Source: Perkinsela sp. CCAP 1560/9
Lineage: Eukaryota; Protista; Euglenozoa: Kinetoplastea
DNA: 64,000 bases
Assembly: GCA_965644495.1 (NCBI GenBank)
Contig: CBFFSA010000011.1
Location: 310,001-374,000, forward strand
Direction: 5' to 3'
Position 1 is the first letter of the stretch. Each line of letters begins with the position of its first letter. Position numbers and translations under genes: made by a program. Of this stretch, positions 34,172 to 44,588 are shown piece by piece. Under the pieces are notes generated by a model. It made no database searches. It worked only from the letters and a program-made list of their open reading frames with translations, and was not told the DNA's origin.

Positions 34172-36031
34172 ATGCCCCCTACCCGGTTCGACGAGCTACC
34201 CTTAACCGACGAAACCCTCCGCGGCCTTCACCGGGCCGGGTACGAGCACCTCACCCCCATCCAACGTGACAGTCTCCCCCACGCCCTGGAGGCCACCCAT
34301 GACATTGTGGCCTGTGCGAAGACCGGCAGCGGCAAAACGCTGTGTTTTCTTCTCCCCGTGCTGGAGACCCTGGCACGGGAGAGCTGGGTGAACGAGGACG
34401 GTCTCGCGGCGCTCATCCTCACCCCCACCCGGGAACTCGCGGTACAAATCACAGAGGTGCTGCACAAAGTCGGGAGGTATCATAAAACTTTCTCCTGTGG
34501 ACTCGTTACCGGTGGGGTGGGGCTGGAGGCCGAACGCGCCGCGCTTGGGGTGACCTCCATTGTGGTGGCGACCCCCGGTCGACTCCGACAGCACTTGGAT
34601 GAGAGTGTGGAGCTACGCACGGAGCATCTTAAGGTACTTGTACTGGATGAGGCGGACCGTTTACTGGATGCGGGATTCCGAAAGGAGATGGAGGCGATTT
34701 TTGAACACCTTCCCCAGCCTGTCGAACGAACCGAGAGCGCGTCCACAGAGGCTGGATTCGATCAGGACTCCCACACACGCCAGACACTGCTCTTCTCCGC
34801 TACGTTTGGGCTTGACGTTGTGATTCCCCCAATGCTAGGGTTACGTAGCCCCACCTACCTCAACGTAACGCACAACCCCGCCACACGCGCTACCCCCTCC
34901 CGGCTATGTGCAACCTTTATCGTTCTCCCCCTGGAGGAGAAACTTAGTTTTATCTATAGTTTTCTGCTTTCTCACCCCCGGCAAAAGGTCATGGTGTTTG
35001 CCTCGACGTGTCACCAGGTGAAATTTCTCTACCTTGTGCTTAGCCGGGCGTTAAAACAGCGCGGGGTCTCCTGTGCCTGTTTAACGGGTAAGATGAAACA
35101 AACCCAGCGCCAGGACGTCTTCCGGGTGTTCTGTCATAAACCCGGGATGGTTTTATTTTGTACCGACGTGGCGTGCCGAGGGCTGGACTTTCCAGCGGTC
35201 CATTGGGTGGTCCATTTGGATTGCCCGGACTCGGTACAAACGTATATTCATCGCGTAGGACGCACCGCTCGAGCAGGACACGCCGGAAGCAGCGTGCTGT
35301 ATCTCACTCCGAGCGAGACGGACATGTTGTATTATCTCCATGAAGGAAATAGTAAATTACGGGAGATTACGGTGCAAGGGAGTCGGTGGCATTCGGTCCA
35401 AGAGGAGGTGGTAGGCGCCGTGGCGTCTGGGTTGAAAAGAGAAGCACGGAAGGCGTTTGTGAGTTATTTGAGGCATCTAAGCTTCTCGGAGAACCCTACG
35501 GTGTTGAATGTCGGGGCCGTCGAAGTGGGGAGCTTTGCCCGCTCTCTTGGGCTGCACAGTGTTCCGAGGCTCACATCGTTGAGGTTAGGGGTGCGCACGA
35601 AGAAGAATTTGCCGTGGGTCGAGGTCAATGCGAGTTCGTCACGCGCCCCTTTTCTTACTTTAGAGACGGATTGGGGACATGAAAACTTTGCAGAGAAAGT
35701 GCAGGAAAGTGGTTTTTCATTGACTCACGAGGTTAACATGGGTGATCAAAGTCTCAGAGATAAAGAACAAGCAAAGAACACTCAAGAGGACACCGAGGAT
35801 ATTTTACAACCGATGGGGGCCGTTACGGCGGAGACTATAGAGGCTCATCGAAATGCGGAGTCAAGGAATGACAAACCGAGTCATCCTACGGCAAGAAAGC
35901 GTCCGCATTCGATGCAACTTTCCGATTTATCTAAGAAAGCACAAGCAAAGTTCAAAGGTGTCGATGGTGTGGACGTGAGCGTTGCCCAGTACGGCTTGGG
36001 AACCCACAAAACCTTTGATGAATCCGACTGA
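34172..36031 (+). CDS. DBP4: DEAD-box RNA helicase DBP4/DDX10
   Basis: AKTGSGKT, PTRELAVQ...KVGRYH, DEAD, SAT, HRVGRTAR, KAFVSYLR. Confidence 0.88.
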   Translation: MPPTRFDELPLTDETLRGLHRAGYEHLTPIQRDSLPHALEATHDIVACAKTGSGKTLCFLLPVLETLARESWVNEDGLAALILTPTRELAVQITEVLHKVGRYHKTFSCGLVTGGVGLEAERAALGVTSIVVATPGRLRQHLDESVELRTEHLKVLVLDEADRLLDAGFRKEMEAIFEHLPQPVERTESASTEAGFDQDSHTRQTLLFSATFGLDVVIPPMLGLRSPTYLNVTHNPATRATPSRLCATFIVLPLEEKLSFIYSFLLSHPRQKVMVFASTCHQVKFLYLVLSRALKQRGVSCACLTGKMKQTQRQDVFRVFCHKPGMVLFCTDVACRGLDFPAVHWVVHLDCPDSVQTYIHRVGRTARAGHAGSSVLYLTPSETDMLYYLHEGNSKLREITVQGSRWHSVQEEVVGAVASGLKREARKAFVSYLRHLSFSENPTVLNVGAVEVGSFARSLGLHSVPRLTSLRLGVRTKKNLPWVEVNASSSRAPFLTLETDWGHENFAEKVQESGFSLTHEVNMGDQSLRDKEQAKNTQEDTEDILQPMGAVTAETIEAHRNAESRNDKPSHPTARKRPHSMQLSDLSKKAQAKFKGVDGVDVSVAQYGLGTHKTFDESD

Positions 36032-36199
36032 ACCGCCCCATTTAGAAAACCAAGTATACGTACACCTTATTTCTTTCTCAATATTTTCTTATACGTTCGC
36101 TTTAGCATTTCTTCTCCATCGAGCGCACCATCCATCTCTCCTTTCTCACCATCCACCCCTCTTCTTCCCCTACCCCCTTTTTTCTCCCCCTTTCTTCCC

Positions 36200-37804
36200 A
36201 TGGACCCCCCACCCCCCCTCCCCCCTCTCACATGCAACACCCTGCGCTCCTCGACCTGGACCGATCTCACCCTCACTCTGTTTCAAAACCGTACCCTCCT
36301 GGACCCTTGCGCTTCCCCCGACCGCGCGGCCCGGACCACGCAAGAGATGTGGGGCCTCCTTAACGAGACCGCGCATCGATCCGGTCTCCCGGCCCCGCTC
36401 CAGGGCGCGCTTACCACATTCTTAAGCAGTGAGATCGGGCTCTTTGGCCCGGCCACAAAAGGACACGGGGAAGAGGATTTACGCACCGAGCTCCACAGCC
36501 TCCTTACGGAGCCCAAACCCTCTGAAACGGGGAAATCGACGTTGTTGTATGTCGCGTTGGTGCGCTGGTCCCTGGGTCGTCCCCATGCAAGGACTGTGCA
36601 TACATTGCAAGCCCCCCCGATTCGGTGGGAAGAGGACGAGTCTGCGGTCCAGGAGTTGTTAAACTTTTTAGAACAGCTCATGGGAGAGCTCGAAAATGTG
36701 GTCCAGAAAAATAAAAAGCTCATGGGTAGAGTGATGGCATCACAGAGTACCACGACGCTGTCACCCGAGGGGAAACGGGTGTTGGAGAGCGGGTGGCCAC
36801 TACCGTGTCGGAGTTGTCCGGATTCGATCTTTCCTCCGGGGGAGTGTCTGGGGAAAACCGTCTCGCTGGAGTGGGATGCGACAGGAAATCGGTTTGTCGC
36901 ATCGGAAAACCAAAGCGTGAAGCAGAAGGCGCGTTCTCCAGTAAAACGCAGACGATCGGAAATGAAGGATTCTAGAGAACAAAGCAAAGAGCGTAACAAG
37001 CCTACAAAGGAGTCTTCGGATTATAAAACGCTCGAAGGTACATGCTTAGAGCTCGATCCTACGCGATGGGTAGAGTCCGTGTTTGTGCTTGGACTGGTCG
37101 TGTTGGAAAAATCGTGGAAAATTACAGCGTCTCCCAATCCCTTGCGACTTTCATTGATGCTAATTCTCCGTGCTATTGGGAAGTTGTTCCAGCTGGTACA
37201 GGCCCCGTTATTTTACTTTCACATTATCATGCAGTACCCAAGTTGGTTTTCCGTAGACGCCAACGAGGGTCCCTCGTTGTTCCAGTCACAGAAAGAGGCC
37301 GAAGGGAACATTTTAGAACGGCTCGCGCAGATCGAAGGAAAATGTGCCGAACATGAAAACAAACAAACACACAGTGAGTCAGATGAGCGATCGAAACCTT
37401 CGGAAAGTTTAGAACATTTTTTCGCCACGAGCCCTAGCGGTACGGACACTGCTACCCGGCTCGCAAACACAGTGAGAGGACTTACGCAGCCGATAGAGGA
37501 TTCTAAGCAATGGCACGAGGAGCACGCAGGAGAGGAGGATACATTTAACATGTACGACCCCATCGCTTGGCCCACGCGGAGAGAATATGGGTACTACCAA
37601 GCGATGCGGACCTTACTGGAAGTTTCTACTTCCAATAATTGTGAAGTAACTACAATGAATGATGTATTTCAAACTACTGTTCTCTCGCGCGCTGTGAACA
37701 TAAAGGATGACCTTGCGTTACCTACTTCATTATCTTCATCGGAGCTATCTTCAATGGAGTCTCTGTTATGGGATTTGAGGGAAAAACTTCCCGCTGAATT
37801 GTAG
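36200..37804 (+). CDS. Hypothetical protein
   Basis: 534-aa ORF, ATG after a long pyrimidine tract, co-oriented. Confidence 0.7.
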   Translation: MDPPPPLPPLTCNTLRSSTWTDLTLTLFQNRTLLDPCASPDRAARTTQEMWGLLNETAHRSGLPAPLQGALTTFLSSEIGLFGPATKGHGEEDLRTELHSLLTEPKPSETGKSTLLYVALVRWSLGRPHARTVHTLQAPPIRWEEDESAVQELLNFLEQLMGELENVVQKNKKLMGRVMASQSTTTLSPEGKRVLESGWPLPCRSCPDSIFPPGECLGKTVSLEWDATGNRFVASENQSVKQKARSPVKRRRSEMKDSREQSKERNKPTKESSDYKTLEGTCLELDPTRWVESVFVLGLVVLEKSWKITASPNPLRLSLMLILRAIGKLFQLVQAPLFYFHIIMQYPSWFSVDANEGPSLFQSQKEAEGNILERLAQIEGKCAEHENKQTHSESDERSKPSESLEHFFATSPSGTDTATRLANTVRGLTQPIEDSKQWHEEHAGEEDTFNMYDPIAWPTRREYGYYQAMRTLLEVSTSNNCEVTTMNDVFQTTVLSRAVNIKDDLALPTSLSSSELSSMESLLWDLREKLPAEL

Positions 37805-37957
37805 ACCAGAATCTGGACCCGTTCATTTATCTATCAACGCAACGTACTCATATTGTGCATTGTTGGCTTATTATAAGGTACTTCCTAAGTAGCGCCATAA
37901 ATGTAGACGCCGTCTTTCATATTTTGATAGAATTTAAATATAAATCACGCACAAATT

Positions 37958-38830
37958 ATGGACTTCTATCCTGGCCGATATTACACTCGCTTTCGCATTC
38001 CCAATCTGAAGGGTATCACAGGACATAATCTTTCAGTACTTCTACATAGCAACGGATTAGCTCTACTTTGCATTGATCCGACACACGTACTATTTACCGA
38101 TCTAGACATTCAACCTCCGCAGACTACTCTAGGGGACCACACGGTACTCCCCAAGGAACGAAAAAACTCATGCAATATTGTTTTTGAAGATGTTTGGAGA
38201 TCCTATGTCTCCTCGTGTGATATGCCTGCATCCATTGAGCACGATGAAGAGAAGCCAAGGCTTACAAAAAAGAAACGAGCCCATTTCTCTCTTTGTCATG
38301 TAGGCACTAAACTGGGCGCGCTGCGCGTCCGGAAAATGGATACATTTGTCGGAACTCATGAGGCAAATGCTTTTGCAACTGAAACCTGTCAAGATAATGA
38401 AAGTTTATTCAAAGACGTGAAGAATGAAACACAACGATCGGCAAACGTTGACTCATGTATATCGCACTCTGTTGAAAGGACTGAGTACCCTTTAGTAGCA
38501 GGAATGACATGCCACTTAATGGAGCTAAACAGAAATTTGCTGGAAAACCCATCATGGATAATAACTCATCCCTTTACGAAGGGGTATCTGGCAATTCTGA
38601 ATCCAACATTTAAAGTTTCTCAGCAGCTCTCGCACATGGTAGAGCACTGGTGCACTGAAGCAGATGCGCGGCGTTCCGAAATCGGAGAAATACGTGAAGA
38701 AATATTTCAAGATGCATACCATAGCAAAGGAGAACGTATCGCACGGAAGGGAGTCTCTTTTCCAGAGCTTGAGAAGTGGCAACTTACAGCCAAACGGATT
38801 GCCCCGGAAATGCGTTACTTTGAATCTTGA
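37958..38830 (+). CDS. ABITRAM: ABITRAM/FAM206A (GcvH-like fold) protein
   Basis: RYYTRF...LHSNGLAL...H and LMELNRNLLENP...GYLAIL. Confidence 0.75.
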   Translation: MDFYPGRYYTRFRIPNLKGITGHNLSVLLHSNGLALLCIDPTHVLFTDLDIQPPQTTLGDHTVLPKERKNSCNIVFEDVWRSYVSSCDMPASIEHDEEKPRLTKKKRAHFSLCHVGTKLGALRVRKMDTFVGTHEANAFATETCQDNESLFKDVKNETQRSANVDSCISHSVERTEYPLVAGMTCHLMELNRNLLENPSWIITHPFTKGYLAILNPTFKVSQQLSHMVEHWCTEADARRSEIGEIREEIFQDAYHSKGERIARKGVSFPELEKWQLTAKRIAPEMRYFES

Positions 38831-38927
38831 AACAGGAATACAACTGCATATTTTAGCTCTATGGAAACAAAAAAAAATTAGCGTGAATTGGGTGATGGTG
38901 GCCTATCATATTTAACGACCTACATAA

Positions 38928-39674
38928 ATGGGTAAATCACTAGTAATAATTATGCGTCCTTTAAAAAAATCAACGTTCATTATTTACGTTAATATAGCAA
39001 TGATTTCACCTTGCATACATTTCAGTGTTGTTCGAACTGCCGACTCGTCATATCGACCGAGCAAAGTTCATGGCGCCGTTTTCCCCCAAGAATATACTTT
39101 ATTACAATTCTTGGGAAAAATTGATTTGAGTGAAGCATCTTGGAGCACTCAGACCCCAGCATGTGAATGGAAATACGTCATATGCAATGAAGAAAGGGAG
39201 GTGACTCATATACATTGGGATTACCTCCCTACCAACTTGTGCTTTTCCAGAGTGTGTCTTACGAATGTTCTTCAAGGCGAGCTTCTCTGGCAGTACTTAC
39301 CCCACACTTTGATACATTTTTCAGCTCAATGTCACGGTATCACTGGACCAATAGATTTTTCTGTGTTACCTTCAAAGCTAGTAAATTTTTATATCGGCTC
39401 TAACAAGTGTGATGGGTCGCTAGATCTTTCTCACTTGCCATCTAGTCTTAACGTATTATTTCTAAGTCATAACAAATTTACTGGTGAGATCGATCTGACG
39501 TGTCTACCTGGGTCGATTTCTGAGGTACACGTGAGAGACAATAGGCTATACGGGGCGTTAAATTTCAGCAAACTTCCAAGGAGCCTACGGGGACTGGACC
39601 TTTCAAATAATTGTTTTGTAGTACCTGAGCATGTGCCAGATGTCGTTATTATTGGACTGCAGAACACATTGTGA
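38928..39674 (+). CDS. Short LRR protein
   Basis: TAD...KVHG..FPQE leader, CEWKYVIC cap, LRRs; true start may be 39000. Confidence 0.85.
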   Translation: MGKSLVIIMRPLKKSTFIIYVNIAMISPCIHFSVVRTADSSYRPSKVHGAVFPQEYTLLQFLGKIDLSEASWSTQTPACEWKYVICNEEREVTHIHWDYLPTNLCFSRVCLTNVLQGELLWQYLPHTLIHFSAQCHGITGPIDFSVLPSKLVNFYIGSNKCDGSLDLSHLPSSLNVLFLSHNKFTGEIDLTCLPGSISEVHVRDNRLYGALNFSKLPRSLRGLDLSNNCFVVPEHVPDVVIIGLQNTL

Positions 39675-39876
39675 ATCAAATTACTGTATCCCCTACTTAA
39701 GTGTCACCGGTCTACCCCCCCTCTTTAATTGTACTTTTTGACGGGTCCCTGGGTACATCCAGGAAACGTACCAAAATAGGGGCCGGGGTCAATGGGTTCG
39801 GGGGATGAAACGAAAGAACGATTCATACAGTTATACTGTAGAGATTAAGTCAAATAGCCTGGGATCACACAATATA

Positions 39877-40869
39877 CACCCATGGACAGAAGTGTGCCCC
39901 CGGCCTGGAAAATGCCATTTGTTTTATCCGTTTTTGCTCATTTTTGCAGCATTCGAGAGATCTCGTTCCCCTAGCGAAGAGCTTTGCCGCCTTTTTTTCA
40001 TAGGGGACCCCCTGGTGCTCTGGTGGTGACCCCAAAGTAGGCCAAAAACAAAAAATGGTACATTAGACATCCAGAAAAAAAAATCACCCTTTCAATGATA
40101 AAATGAGAAAAAGGGAAGAAGTATCAATATCCGCAGTGCTCCCCATTGGTCTGAATAACTATTTGCATACGTTTGGGAACAGAATTGATGGAATTCAACA
40201 CTTTCAAGGGCTTTATGCCGTTCGGTGAGGTCACAGTTCCGTACCTTGGCCATCCTCGTGTACCCTGAGTTATGTAATACACGAAAGACTTTCTTAATGG
40301 AACAATTGTACCCTTTCCTTTTTAATTGATCATGAACCAAGTTGTACGTCAAGCAACCCTCTTCCTTTGTATTTTCCTTATTAACTATTGATTTCACCTT
40401 TGATACAAATCTTTTTGAAGGCTTTGGCCTACCTGATTTCAGTGGAGATGACAATTCATTACCTTGTTTTGAGAGATTAATAAATTTTCTAATTGTACGG
40501 CGGTCACGACCAAAGTTTTTATGAAGTTGGGTGACGCTGACGCCAGATTTATGCTGTTTAACTATCTCTGTTCTCTCCGAAATGGACAAAGCGGTGTTTC
40601 GTTTGTGATTTATACGAGGCGGGGTCCTCATGAAGAAAAAACAGGGAGAAAAAAGGATGATATACTAGAAAAATTGACTGTGTTCCGAAAAAATGGGTAA
40701 AAAAAACCATGTTTTTTGGACCCAGGGGGTACCAGGGGGTCCCTATGAAAAAAAGGCGGCAAAGCTCTTCGCTAGGGGAACGAGGTCTCTCGAATGCTGC
40801 AAAAATGAGCAAAAACGGATAAAAAAATTGACATTTGCCAGGCCGGGGGCACACATCTGTCCATGGGTG
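39877..40869 (-). mobile_element. Tc1-like element with DDE domain deleted
   Basis: TA|CACCCATGGACAGA...TCTGTCCATGGGTG|TA, ~140-bp TIRs; HTH ORF 40092-40631; C-terminal NGEHCGY-stop kept in another frame. Confidence 0.9.
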
Positions 40870-40871
40870 TA

Positions 40872-42765
40872 TGATCCCGTACACGCATACGACGTGTTTG
40901 GCTATTCCTGTTTACTCATCCGAAATGCAAACATCCATGGGGTTCAAGTTTGCGCGGTCCCGATTTTGGTATATAGTGAAACTCCCCCTAAATGCTCTCG
41001 TCACCAAGTGTTGGCGACACTCCTTCGCAAGCTTTGTTTCCTCGCAGAAGAGCATGTCTAATTTACTCGCCGAGTCTTGGAGACTTCCGCGAGCCCCAAA
41101 CTCTAGGGCGAATAGGTATGTTTCGGGATGATTTTCTTTTCGCGTATGCCGCAGGTGGTGGTATTTCAGTATTTTCCGCTCGTGCGCGGCCTGCATATTC
41201 TCCTCCCATGGGCAAGTTAGTTCAATAATGAACTCTTTCCCGTCCCTTAGCTTTACCCACCCGTCCGGACGCAGCATACCATCATTGTCGGCTAGCCACG
41301 TTGGAGGGCGTCGCATGCCAGGTAGGTCGAAATGAGAGAGAGCTTTATGGGGGGACTCGCTTACATGGTAAGCTAGGGCCCGTAAGATGAAGTCGTGTCT
41401 GAAAGTGTAACGCCCTTGATCTAGAGCAACTCGGCATCCCGCGAGAATGTGCCTTGGGGTTTGTACCTCTGTCTTGCATAGCGGGTATTTGGTGTCTGTG
41501 TGGGTTGATATGCCCCAGTGGTGAATTGCGGCCCTGGTAGGTAGCGGGGCCTGTGTGAGGACAGGAGACAAATCGCGTCAGGTGCGTCGACCTGATGTTA
41601 CACAGGTCGGCTGCCGGGCGCACATGCCCGCGTGAACGCTGCCTTTTCTCGTTCTCAATTTTAATTCGCAACGCGTGCCGCACCGCCGGATCCCGAGAAG
41701 CATTCATTTGATTTAGGTTTTGGGCTGTGCAGTGTAGCCACAATTTGGACAGGCTCATGAGGGCCCAACCACGTTCAGAGTAAAGGAGCTCACTCGTTGA
41801 GGCTTTAGCGATATTTAGCCACTTTCGGATGTGCCGGGTTGCTAGTTTCTGCAGTCGAAGCATATGAGTAAAAGAAAGTCCGGGGTTGACTGTTAGTACA
41901 TAGCGCAAGCGAGCAATGATGGCGTGATTGTATATCCAAAGCTTAGCGGATGGGTCGTGAGCGCTCTCAGAGATTCTGCTCAACCAACCTGATAGTTTCT
42001 CCTTAACTTTGAAAGGTAATTTTGCCTTGTTGTGCGCCGGGTGCCAGTGTCATGCCCAAAAACATACTCCCTTTATCGCATATGTGAGGAATAGGCGTGC
42101 CTTTGGCCATAATCTGCGGGCGTCTGGTCATATATCCACTGCCTGTTGCCACGGACATGTGCTGAACTCTGCATTTCCCAATGTTCAGTGTCAGCCCCAA
42201 TCTCGAAAGTGCTGTTGTTAGGGCGTGGACTGCCTGTTGCATTTCCTGAGGTGTGTTTGTAAGGGATGTAATGTCGTCCGCGTACGCTTTCTGAAAGACT
42301 GTCCCGTCATCCCATTTCACTCCGTATCGAGGGCAACTGGCCCGTACGTAGCTTAGTGCAAACTCGATGCATGGGTTGAAAAGAGTAGGAGAAAGAGTGT
42401 CGCCTTGAAGGACTCCTCGGCCTACCGGTATTGGTTTGCTTAGTCCTTCTGAACAACTTACTTGAAGGCTGGAATTGTCATACAAGGATGCATCATACGA
42501 CCTAATTACTGTTGGGGCTCGAATCCAATTCAGGGAGTCATGAATAACATCGTGTGGAAGAGATCCGAAGGCGTTCTTCAAATCAAAGTGCAAGACAGTA
42601 CTGATTTTTGTTGCGTCGCTGCTGGGTAAGAATTTCACATAGCGTTTGTGTGTGTTCAATGGTTCCATTCATACGTGGGAGAAAGCCCTTTTGCACTGAT
42701 GTGTTTATGTACCCTGTGGACGTGGCATGCGCGAGAATACGATGGCTTATTATTGAGTGCAGGAT
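40872..42765 (-). mobile_element. 5'-truncated RLE-type non-LTR retrotransposon, HERO/NeSL-like, frameshifted
   Basis: QKGF, DLKNAFGSLPH, GVLQGDTLSP, YADD; PLC...HILAGC, RYTFRHD, RPDG, IIELTCPWEEN...HERKILKY, EFGARG. Confidence 0.85.
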
Positions 42766-43078
42766 CTGTTCTACTGGCACTCCAGGAAGAACTTGTTAGT
42801 TTGATGATTCGAAGATGCCAGAGCAACATTTGAGTAATCTAAAGTAAATTACATCGCTTCGCTACATCGAATTGTCTCGATACATAATAATGCATATAAA
42901 GAATATATCTGAGCATATAAAGAATGTATCTGTTCTACTGGCACCCCGAGAAGAACTTGTCAGTTCTTTGATTCGAAGATGTTAGAGCAACATTCGAGTA
43001 ATGTAGAGTAAATTACATCGCTTTTGGAATTATCTCAGCACATAATAATGCACGTAAGGAACTTAGCGCATAAAGAAT
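42766..43078 (+). repeat. Two ~155-bp tandem copies mixing LRR leader and coding sequence
   Basis: TCTGTTCTACTGGCAC...GAAGAACTTG...TAAAGAAT twice; the first part recurs inside the LRR CDS at ~43169. Confidence 0.85.
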
Positions 43079-43088
43079 TTTAGAACGA

Positions 43089-43907
43089 ATGTTTTACAGC
43101 GCTCTTCCCAGCCTGATTTACACGGCGGACACACAACCCTCATCCAATCGTCGGGGCAAAGTATCCACTCTACTGGCACCCCAAGAAGAACTCATGTCAG
43201 TACTAATAAGTAACCTCACGCATCATCCTTCCTCGTGGGTACGTCAAAAACGTAGTTTCTTCGGTCAACTTCGCGAAGTTTCGCCCTGTACATGGAAAGG
43301 TGTCCTTTGTGACTCGCGCGCAAACGTGTTGGACATTCGTTGGTTTGGAAATCCGAATCAGAAGAACTTTTTGCGGGGAAGCTTAATCTGGAATTATTTA
43401 CCCCCCACGTTGCAAAGATGCTACGTAAGAAATCACGGGCAACACCTCAAAGGTACTCTCCCGCTTGATCAACTCCCTCAAGCTTTGACTCACCTTGATG
43501 TGGGTCTCAACCGACTAAGTGGATCGCTTGTGCTGAATGCTCTTCCAGAAAAACTCTTCCTTCTAAATGCGGAAGCCAACCATTTTCATGGTACGCTATG
43601 TTTATTGAATCTCCCGCCTTTGTTAGCAGAACTCACTTTGAATAATAACATGTTTAAAGGTCCTTTAAATCTTAGCAGTATACCGCTCACTCTTACGTCT
43701 TTAAATTTGAACGGCAACCTCCTCAATGGTATTGTTGATCTCTCACCTGTTCTAGGTGAATCGCGGAAGGGCGCCCCTCCGCTGCTTCTCCAGCTTTACG
43801 GAAATGAGTTTGAATCCTATTTGCTGCCTCCTTCTATTGCTCAATTGCCAGATAACGTCCAGTACGACGAGCCTATGGCGCTCGCGGACATGTACATGAT
43901 GGGATAA
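43089..43907 (+). CDS. Short LRR protein
   Basis: TAD...RRGKV...PQEE leader, SPCTWKGVLCD cap, LRRs; resembles the 19366 gene. Confidence 0.88.
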   Translation: MFYSALPSLIYTADTQPSSNRRGKVSTLLAPQEELMSVLISNLTHHPSSWVRQKRSFFGQLREVSPCTWKGVLCDSRANVLDIRWFGNPNQKNFLRGSLIWNYLPPTLQRCYVRNHGQHLKGTLPLDQLPQALTHLDVGLNRLSGSLVLNALPEKLFLLNAEANHFHGTLCLLNLPPLLAELTLNNNMFKGPLNLSSIPLTLTSLNLNGNLLNGIVDLSPVLGESRKGAPPLLLQLYGNEFESYLLPPSIAQLPDNVQYDEPMALADMYMMG

Positions 43908-44016
43908 CGTGAAATAGCGCCTGCAAGGCCTTTACACTTAACTGCAAGGCCTTTACGGTAAAGTGCTCTACAGAAGGGCTAGCGTGCAACTGTATAATAT
44001 GTATAATATCTGTATA

Positions 44017-44448
44017 TTGCGGTGGTTGTATAACTACCGCTCTAACCTCGAATATTGCAAAAAAAAGTGAACAAAAACATTGAAAATATAAAGAGAAACA
44101 CAGTAATATAATAGAGTTATATTAGAAGAAAAAAATATAAAATGGGGCTCCGGTGGTCCAAAATTGAAAAAGCTCCCATTCTACGACGTTTTTTTCGACA
44201 AATTCGCTTCCTGTCCCTACTGGTAAGGCACCAAAATTCGGGTTAACATTTCGCAATTTTCGCCGAAAAATCGAGCTTTTTCCCCCAGAAAAATAGATTA
44301 TTCATGATCTTTTGGCGATTTTTCTTTTTTAGGCTCTTCGTTAAAAGCGGTAATAGTTTTCAACGCGAAGCGCGCAGCATGAGTGACTTCTAAGTTGAAA
44401 ACAACCACCGCGTTTAACGAAGAGTCTAAAAAAATTAATAATCGCTAA
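44017..44448. mobile_element. Second copy of the double-hairpin element (internally deleted, flop)
   Basis: Same 5' end and body as 7174 in the same orientation, lacking about 7320-7600; hairpin loop 44365-44393 is the exact reverse complement of 7813-7841. Confidence 0.85.
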
Positions 44449-44588
44449 TAATGTTTTAATACTTAGGTAGCAATAAGTAAGAATTATTATTAAAGACTGA
44501 AATTACTAATAATATATATAGCCCTACCCCATAAATTTAATTTGCACAAACTAATACTAACCTTCCTTTCTTCCTTCCTCCCTCTTTT

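Noticed and set aside
44555-44588. TACTAAC branch point plus polypyrimidine tract
   Set aside because: Single occurrence; the next AG lies after the ATG and its use would remove the zf-HIT start.
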